Assembly (NCBI GenBank): GCA_964016885.1
Contig: OZ024741.1
Coordinates: forward strand, 189,534,001-189,598,000
Length of the DNA stretch: 64,000 nt
Source: Eledone cirrhosa
Taxonomy: Eukaryota
Direction: 5' to 3'
Shown: in pieces, positions 58,141-64,000 of the stretch
Layout: each line of letters opens with the position of its first letter
Position numbering within the stretch: position 1 is the first letter of the stretch
Position numbers and translations under genes: made by a program
The notes under the pieces: generated by a model
What the model was told of the DNA's origin: nothing
What the model saw: only the letters and a program-made list of their open reading frames with translations
The model's database searches: none

Positions 58141-58352
58141 ATTGTTGCTGCGAAGTATCGCATCGCTGTAGGTTGGGCAGCTTTCAACAAGAACAAGGAA
58201 GTACTCACATAAAAACGTTTTTCCTATCATTTGAAGGCTAAGATCTATGATACTTACATCCTACCAGTTGTGTTATATGGTCTTGACTGTGTTAATTGAA
58301 TGACAAGGTCACTTCAGAAGCTCTCTACATTCCAGAACCAGATCATGAGACT
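58141..58352 (+). mobile_element. RTE-type LINE remnant, inverted upstream segment (post-RT region)
   Basis: Manual translation from 58141: IVAAKYRIAVGWAAFNKNKEVLT*KRFSYHLKAKIYDTYILPVVLYGLDCVN*MTRSLQKLSTFQNQIMRL, with the RI..W.AF and K.KIY...ILPV.LYG motifs. Confidence 0.8.
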
Positions 58353-58367
58353 TATATATATATATAT
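58353..58367. repeat. (TA)n microsatellite between two LINE remnants
   Basis: TATATATATATATAT. Confidence 0.85.
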
Positions 58368-60990
58368 GTGTGCTTCTATGGGTTAAACAAGTTCATTCCA
58401 GCATAAAACCTCTCCAATGGTCTCGGTCCTTCATTATCTCCATTGAGATCAGCTCTGACCACCTCTGTCCAGGTATTCCTTAGTCTCCCTCTATCATAGC
58501 TCCCTTCCATTTCTTAGCCCTTCTTCACCCAATACCCAGCATCCATATTCATCACATGTCCATACCAGTGCAGTCTTCTCTCCTGCACACTACATCTAAT
58601 TCCTCTTATAATTAGCCTTTCTCTCAGCTCATCTGTTTTGCCATTCATGTTTATTAACATTGCACATCCATCAAGGCATGCTTGCTTCATTTCTCTCCAG
58701 CTTTCTCATATCTTCCATGTAACATCACACTTCTTACACATGCCTCATACAGCTGGTCTTTCTTTCATAGTGAGAAACCTTTTACTGTCAACAGAGGTAG
58801 CAGTGCTCTGAATTTTTTCCATTCTGTACTTACTCTAACTATAATGTTCTTCTCCAACTAATTTTATCAGAAGCTATGAACCACTTCTATGGAGCCTACC
58901 TGGAATTGGAAAACGGTTATTTTACTTGTGCTCTTACTACTATCTATCCTTATGGATTACCACATACAAAGTTTATTTATTTCTGTTAGTCTGCCTACTA
59001 TCCCACTACACCTCTTGTGTACCAAAGTTTTACATATAGAGTTACTACCTACTCCTTTTCTATATATGGGGAAGAGCCATTTTCCTGGTAGGATCAGGGC
59101 CTTGTCTTCTTTCCTGCTTACTAGAACTTTAGTTTCTCCCAAATTTCCTCTAAGCCCTTTTAATTCTAAGTTCTGTTTCCAAAGCCTGAATGTCTTCTCT
59201 TGCTCTTCCACAGATTTGGCTACTAGAACCAGATCGTCAGCATACAGGAGTTCCCATGGGCAACATGTCTTAAACTTTTTCATTATATCCTGCAGAACTA
59301 TGATAAACAAGAGAGGTCTGAGGACAGAGCCCTGATGAACACTTGTGCATTGAATTCCTAAGAAAACTCTTTACCTACTTTCACCTTTCTAACAGCTCCT
59401 CAGTGCACTGCTTGCACTGCTCTTACAAGCCATTCTTCTATGCCTTGTTTCCTAAGACTCTTTCTGTCACTTTCATTACTTGGTCTATTAGTTTTATGGC
59501 CCTGTATTTGCTCCTTTTTAGTACATCACCTTTTCCCTTGTAACAATTGATGAGTATAATACAATGTCATTCATTAGGTATGACTCCATTTTGTACTACC
59601 TGGTTGATTATGTGGGTGACTTGTTTAACTCCTACTTCTCCAGATGATTTCAGCATCTCAGCAACTATTTCTGACAATCCAACAGCCTCTTTTTTATTTC
59701 CTTGATTACTTCCTTAACCTTATAACTGTCGATTTCGATAGTTGGTCTCTCTGTTAGGTCAGATGGAGGTAGTCTCTCTTCTTCCTACTCATTCTCCACA
59801 TTCATCAACCTCTCATAGTAGCATTTCCAGGCCTCTTTCTTTTGGATGTACATGTTGCTGAGTGTATCAGTGTCATTTCATACACACTTTTCCCCAACAA
59901 CATTCTGGTTACTATGGACACATTGCTTAGCAATGCAGAACACTTCATGTCTCTGATCTTCATGTCACAAGATATGTGCAAACTTTCTACTTCCACCTTC
60001 TTTGCATGCTAAGTATACCTGTCATCTAGCTTCTCTTTCAGCTCCTTGGTATCAATTTTTACTGCCCCCATTTCCCCAGTGCTTCCACACCATCTTCTTT
60101 TCTTTAACAGCTCTATTCACAGTGTTGTTCCACCACCAGGTCACCCTCTGTCTGGCTGAAGCTTCACTCCAGCCACATGACTCCTCAGTAGTCTGTAGTG
60201 GGTTGACTCATGGAAACTTCCAGTTGTCCTCTATATCATTTATATGGGTTCTCCCTCCTGTCATATGCATCACTTAGAGATTTCCTGAACCAGTCAGGTT
60301 CTTTAGCTTCCATATTATCCTTCTCAATATTTTCCTGCCTGTCTTGTGCTTATTCTGATGTCACTAATAACTTATTTATGTTGAGCATTCTTCTCCGGAG
60401 ATGGACTTAGAATTCAAAATCATCTGCCTGTCATGTTTTTAATGAGTAAATAGTCACTCTATTTTGCGTTTTTGCCTGATTGATAGGTGATCATGTGGCT
60501 GGCCAGTTTCTTAAAGTTAGTTGCAAATAGTCAGTTCATCTGCATCACAGAAGTCTAGGAATCTTACTCTCTCTTCATTTCTTGAGCCATAACCATATTC
60601 ACTGTGTACTCCAGTGTATCTATGCTAGCACTTTCCAACATATCCATTGAAGTTACCCGCTAGGATGATGAGATCTCTGTCATCTATAAAGGAGGCTGTC
60701 TGTAAAAGTTGCTCATCGAAGCAGTCGTTTTACTGTTTACTTAGTCCTGCTTGTGGTGCACTGCTTTAGATAATTATTATCAACCTATTGTCTATGACTA
60801 TTTTGAGTTTGATAATTCTGTTGCTTACTCTAACTACTTCAAATACCTTATCTATCCACTTCTCAGCTAGTAGAATGCCTGTCCCACCTACTCTGTCACC
60901 ATTCCCTACCCAGAAAAGCTTGTATCAACATAGTTTACCTGTGAGTAGTCAGGAAGAGGTGCCTTATCATCATACTTCCTAAATACAGCA
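58368..60990 (-). mobile_element. Decayed RTE-type LINE (APE endonuclease + reverse transcriptase pseudo-ORF), main part
   Basis: Minus-strand translation gives endonuclease CCI*EV...YKLFWVGNGDRVGGTGILLAEKWIDKVFEVVRVSNRIIKLK and RT motifs KGKGD..KRSKYRAIKL, VHQGSVLRPLLFIIV and CPWELLYADDLVL, with many stops and frameshifts. Confidence 0.9.
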
Positions 60991-61214
60991 TGTGGTGCCG
61001 CTAGATCCCATGGCTGGTTTCTCCTCTTCCACGTGCGTACAATCCAACTCGTTAAAACCGGTAGCTGCAAAACTCGCATCCACCACGTTCCTGATCACCG
61101 CTAGAGAGAGGCCGACCTGCTGGCCCTTCCGGTCGAGCACCCTTCCGGCCAAGCACCCTTCCAGTCAAGCACTCTTCCGGTCGAGCACTCACCGCACACC
61201 ACACCATGCCCACA
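60991..61214 (-). repeat. 3' LTR (224 bp)
   Basis: Plus strand TGTGGTGCCG...ATGCCCACA. Aligns with 63322-63556 with about 13 substitutions and one 14-bp indel (counted by eye). Confidence 0.93.
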
Positions 61215-61216
61215 CG

Positions 61217-61228
61217 CCCCCCCCCCCT
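61217..61228 (-). promoter_or_regulatory. Polypurine tract (plus-strand cDNA primer)
   Basis: Minus strand A(G)11, 2 nt before the TG start of the 3' LTR and just after the integrase stop. Confidence 0.88.
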
Positions 61229-61232
61229 GATC

Positions 61233-62423
61233 TCAAGGATCAATTTCCCCCTCGTCCTTCTGCATATGAAAGTCTGCTGTCCAGGTTGGTGGTTTGCGAC
61301 TTCTTTGCGATCTCCGCAGTGTTGGGGCGGCACATTGGGTTTCCTCTTCCTCGGAGTCCGTTGACACACTAATTCTATGGACATCCAGGACATGACGTGG
61401 TACTCCGTCCACGGACACATTGTTCTGGGAATTTACGGCCGTCACCGTTCCCCTTCCCCATTGAGATGTGCAACGTGCATCTGGGGGCTTAACCCAAACT
61501 TCTTCGCCCACCTGCACGAATGCATTCTCTCTCCCCACTGGCCGTTGTGGTGGCGTGCACGGGTGCCGCCACTCGTATCTGAATACTGCTCTGTGTGGCA
61601 CCGATTCCTCAACCTGTCCCACCTGAGGGGACATGTTGTACCAGAACACTGCCTCCATTGGTGAGATGTGGCCCCGCTCCACCATTGCCTTGATCGTCCA
61701 GTGGTGTAGCTCCACGATTCCACTTTGTCGCTCCACGATTCCACTTCCACTCGGCCTTAACGGCAATGCTCCGCACTTCACCTCCTCTTTCTGGGTAAGG
61801 AGTATGCCCTCCTCAATCCATCTCTCTACCTCTCACTCGAACTTGCTCCTAATGTCTCCCTTCAATGTGTGTTGATAGCAGCCCACTTTGGTCTTCAGTG
61901 CTGGTGGTTCTCCCTTCCAGTACCACTCAACAACCCATCGCTGCCCATCGAACACGGCCTTGAAGTCTTTGTCCTGCACAGTGTAAGCGGGGTATTTCTC
62001 CTCGTGGGCCTTCTGGTTCTCCCGTCGTGTACTCACAGCGATGCAACGCCGCCAAACGACACACCGACATTGTTCACTGTGACGCCTCCTAGACGGCCAA
62101 TTGCGTCCATGCCCATAACTACACTGATCCCATCCACCACGTTGTTGACTACGATGGCAAAAAGCCTTATTTTCCTTCCCCGTACCGCCATCTCCACCTC
62201 GCTGTGACCTCAGCATTCAATTTTCCTGCTGTCGACTGCCCTTACGCTGCTCTTCCCTTTCTACCTCTGCACCACCCCCGCGGTCACCAGTGTCATCATA
62301 CATACACCCCGTGCCCATGAGGGCTCACTGTGGCTTTCCCCTCATGAAGACTTCCACCACGGGCAGCGCCTCTACTCGTAAGGGGCAACTACCGGCGCAG
62401 TAGTTCCCCTTGGATCGTTTCCC
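61233..62423 (-). pseudogene. pol: pol pseudogene: degenerate aspartic protease, RT N-terminal stub fused to the integrase C-terminal half
   Basis: LPVVEVFMRGKPQ*ALMGTGC (degenerate DTG) ...VVMGMDAIGRLGG; QDKDFKAVFDGQRWVVEWYWK; EVERWIEEGIL; then RPSGSGIVER..HHWTIK, VGEEVWVKP and LRRSQRSRKPP. Confidence 0.85.
62366..62423 (-). promoter_or_regulatory. Putative -1 programmed ribosomal frameshift signal (G GGA AAC + stem/pseudoknot)
   Basis: The slippery heptamer is in gag phase (CAG GGA AAC), followed by a 6-nt spacer and the stem AGGGG-AACTAC/GTAGTT-G-CCCCT. The -1 frame runs into the protease. Confidence 0.8.
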
Positions 62424-63149
62424 TGGTTGCAGTTAGTAGCGATGTGGCCTGGTCGATTACACCGGTAGCATATTATTTCCGGCCTTGACTCTCTACAGTC
62501 TCTCGCCATGTGTGGGCCCTGGCACCTAAAACAGCAACCTCTAAACGTTCGCGGGCAACCTTTCACCATTTCGCTGCCTCCCTTTCACCATTTCGCTGCC
62601 AGCTGTCTTGGGCCTCTGTAGTTGGGCCTCTGTAGTTGCTATCGCCGCGACACTCTTCTTGGCATCTTCTGCTATGATGCGGGCTTGCTCCACCAGTGCA
62701 CGCATCTCCATTTCTTTGTAACCCGGGACTTGCTGCAGTTTCACCGCTATGTCGTCTGGAAATCCATTTATGAACGCCAACCGCACCATGCGTTCGCATT
62801 CCACCTGATATCCAGCCAGCATGGCCAATCACCGTATTCCTGCTGCGAAAATGTCAACACGTTCACCGTTCCATCTAATTCTTGCCAGCTTAGCAAAAGC
62901 AGCTAACGGTCCCTCCGCGAATGCTTCCATCATGCGCCTCTCAATCTTTTGCGCATCCCCTTGTCTGTGTTCATCCAACTCAAGGAAGAGTACCAACACG
63001 TCCCCCTCGAGGTACAGTGCCATGAGGCCATCCACATCTTCTATCTTTTGTAAGCTTGCGACCAGCCAGACTTTTCACAGCCAAGCGATAACATCGCCTT
63101 CACCGGCAAATGGGCTAATCGCTTCGCTCGTTCGTAGTCTCGTCGCCAT
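62372..63149 (-). pseudogene. gag: gag pseudogene with two zinc knuckles
   Basis: MATRLRTSEAISPFAGEGDVIAWL*KV...LYLEGD...AFINGFPD, then after a frameshift CFRCQGPHMARDC and CYRCNRPGHIATNC (CCHC). It has two TGA stops and one frameshift. Confidence 0.9.
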
Positions 63150-63321
63150 ATCTTAATTTGTCTTGCGGTACGTTATAAAAAAAAACAACAGACTCCTCTC
63201 TGTTTTTCCAGTAGCTTTGTTTGCGAGAAAGTTTTTTTTTTTTTTTTTTTAATCAGATCTCAGTTTCCAGTGCCGAAATAGCTTGTGGTTAAAAACGCTA
63301 CCTCACTTACCACTTTTCACA

Positions 63322-63556
63322 GGCGCCGCTAGATCCCATGGCTGGTTTCTCCTCTTCCACGTGCGTACAATCCAACTTGTTAAAACAGGGAGCTGCAAAA
63401 CTCGCGTCCACCACATTCCTGATCACCGCTAGAGAGAGGCCAACCTGCAGGCCCTTCCGGTCAAGCACCCTTCTGGCCAAGCACCCTTCTGGTCAAGCAC
63501 TCTTCCGGTCGAGCACTCTCCAGCTTCCGGCCACCGCACACCACACCATACCCACA
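63322..63556 (-). repeat. 5' LTR (about 235 bp), lacking the terminal 3 nt at its inner end
   Basis: Homologous to 60994-61214 and followed on the plus strand by the TSD CAGCA. Confidence 0.9.
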
Positions 63557-63652
63557 CAGCAAAAACCATTCATCTCCTCTCAAGTAGCTCAACAATTTCA
63601 CCTGGTCTTCCTTTCAGAGTGCCCACATTGAGAGTGGCAGCCTGGAGATATG
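63557..63652 (-). mobile_element. N-terminus of the interrupted RTE-type LINE endonuclease
   Basis: Minus strand LQAATLNVGTLKGRPGEIVELLERR* (APE motif I, T.NV.TL). It joins CCI*EV at 60990 once the LTR element and one TSD copy are removed, with a 1-bp frameshift. Confidence 0.85.
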
Positions 63653-63811
63653 TTACCTGACAGTGAGGGTTGGGTTGACCTCATGAAGTAGAGTATCTTT
63701 CTATACCTGAAAGGGAATACAAGCATGCAATTGCTTGATGACAGTTAAGAGGTTCTCACACATGGCTAGGTTAGCCAACCTTCTAACATGTGCAGCACTG
63801 ACATGACTAGT

Positions 63812-63928
63812 CTTATTTGTTCGAAGTGACTGCTCTCCTAGACAGGCTGCCTTCTATGTGGTTTATGGAGCCTTATTTGTTCTGAGTGATTCCTCTCCTA
63901 GACAGGCTGCCTTCTTATTTATTTGGAG
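63812..63928. repeat. Two-copy 60-bp imperfect tandem repeat upstream of the LINE ORF
   Basis: CTTATTTGTTC..AGTGA.T.CTCTCCTAGACAGGCTGCCTTCT at 63812 and 63872. Confidence 0.8.
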
Positions 63929-64000
63929 TGACAGCAGAGTCTCACATAATAATTTCATCAGAAATTATTGCGACAATTCAAAAACAAAAGCTCCCTTTAA

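Larger units (their letters stand above)
60991..63556 (-). mobile_element. Ty3/Gypsy-type LTR retrotransposon, internally deleted (2566 bp), non-autonomous
   Basis: Two LTRs of about 225-235 bp, outer TG...CA termini, 5-bp TSD CAGCA (60986-60990 and 63557-63561), PPT, and gag-PR-(RT stub)-IN order. Confidence 0.95.

Noticed and set aside
63251-63320. snoRNA/U3-like retrocopy (minus strand GAGGTAGCGTTTT ... CTGATT followed by poly-A)
   Set aside because: Only a short recalled similarity plus a terminal CTGA, with no clear box C or terminal stem; needs an Rfam search before it can be called
63070-63322. 11-bp direct repeat ACTTTTCACAG at 63070-63080 and 63312-63322 as a TSD
   Set aside because: The gag copy includes the TGA stop that probably arose from CGA, and gag is continuous through it, so the match is likely coincidental
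58889-63631. Plus-strand ORFs over the LINE and LTR element (e.g. 58889-59335, 60992-61372, 61869-62207, 63338-63631)
   Set aside because: Antisense shadows of retroelement coding sequence or LTR read-through, with no recognisable motifs

Overview
Eukaryotic (metazoan-type) repetitive DNA with no intact host gene. Bases 1-57286 are one uninterrupted head-to-tail array of a 78-bp satellite (about 734 monomers, running off the left edge). Its point variants define compositional layers and multi-kb block duplications of 13-52 monomers. The array ends abruptly. The remaining 6.7 kb holds (TA)n microsatellites, a short RTE-type LINE remnant with an inverted 5' part (twin-priming-like), and a decayed minus-strand RTE-type LINE. 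That LINE's endonuclease region is split by a 2566-bp internally deleted Ty3/Gypsy LTR retrotransposon (CAGCA target-site duplication, PPT, gag zinc knuckles, intact -1 frameshift signal, in-frame RT/IN deletion, heavy CpG decay, abnormal 5' LTR/PBS region). I see no convincing new protein-coding system. The most notable items are the LINE inversion, the frameshift pseudoknot, the missing PBS and the satellite architecture. All calls were made by eye, without database searches.
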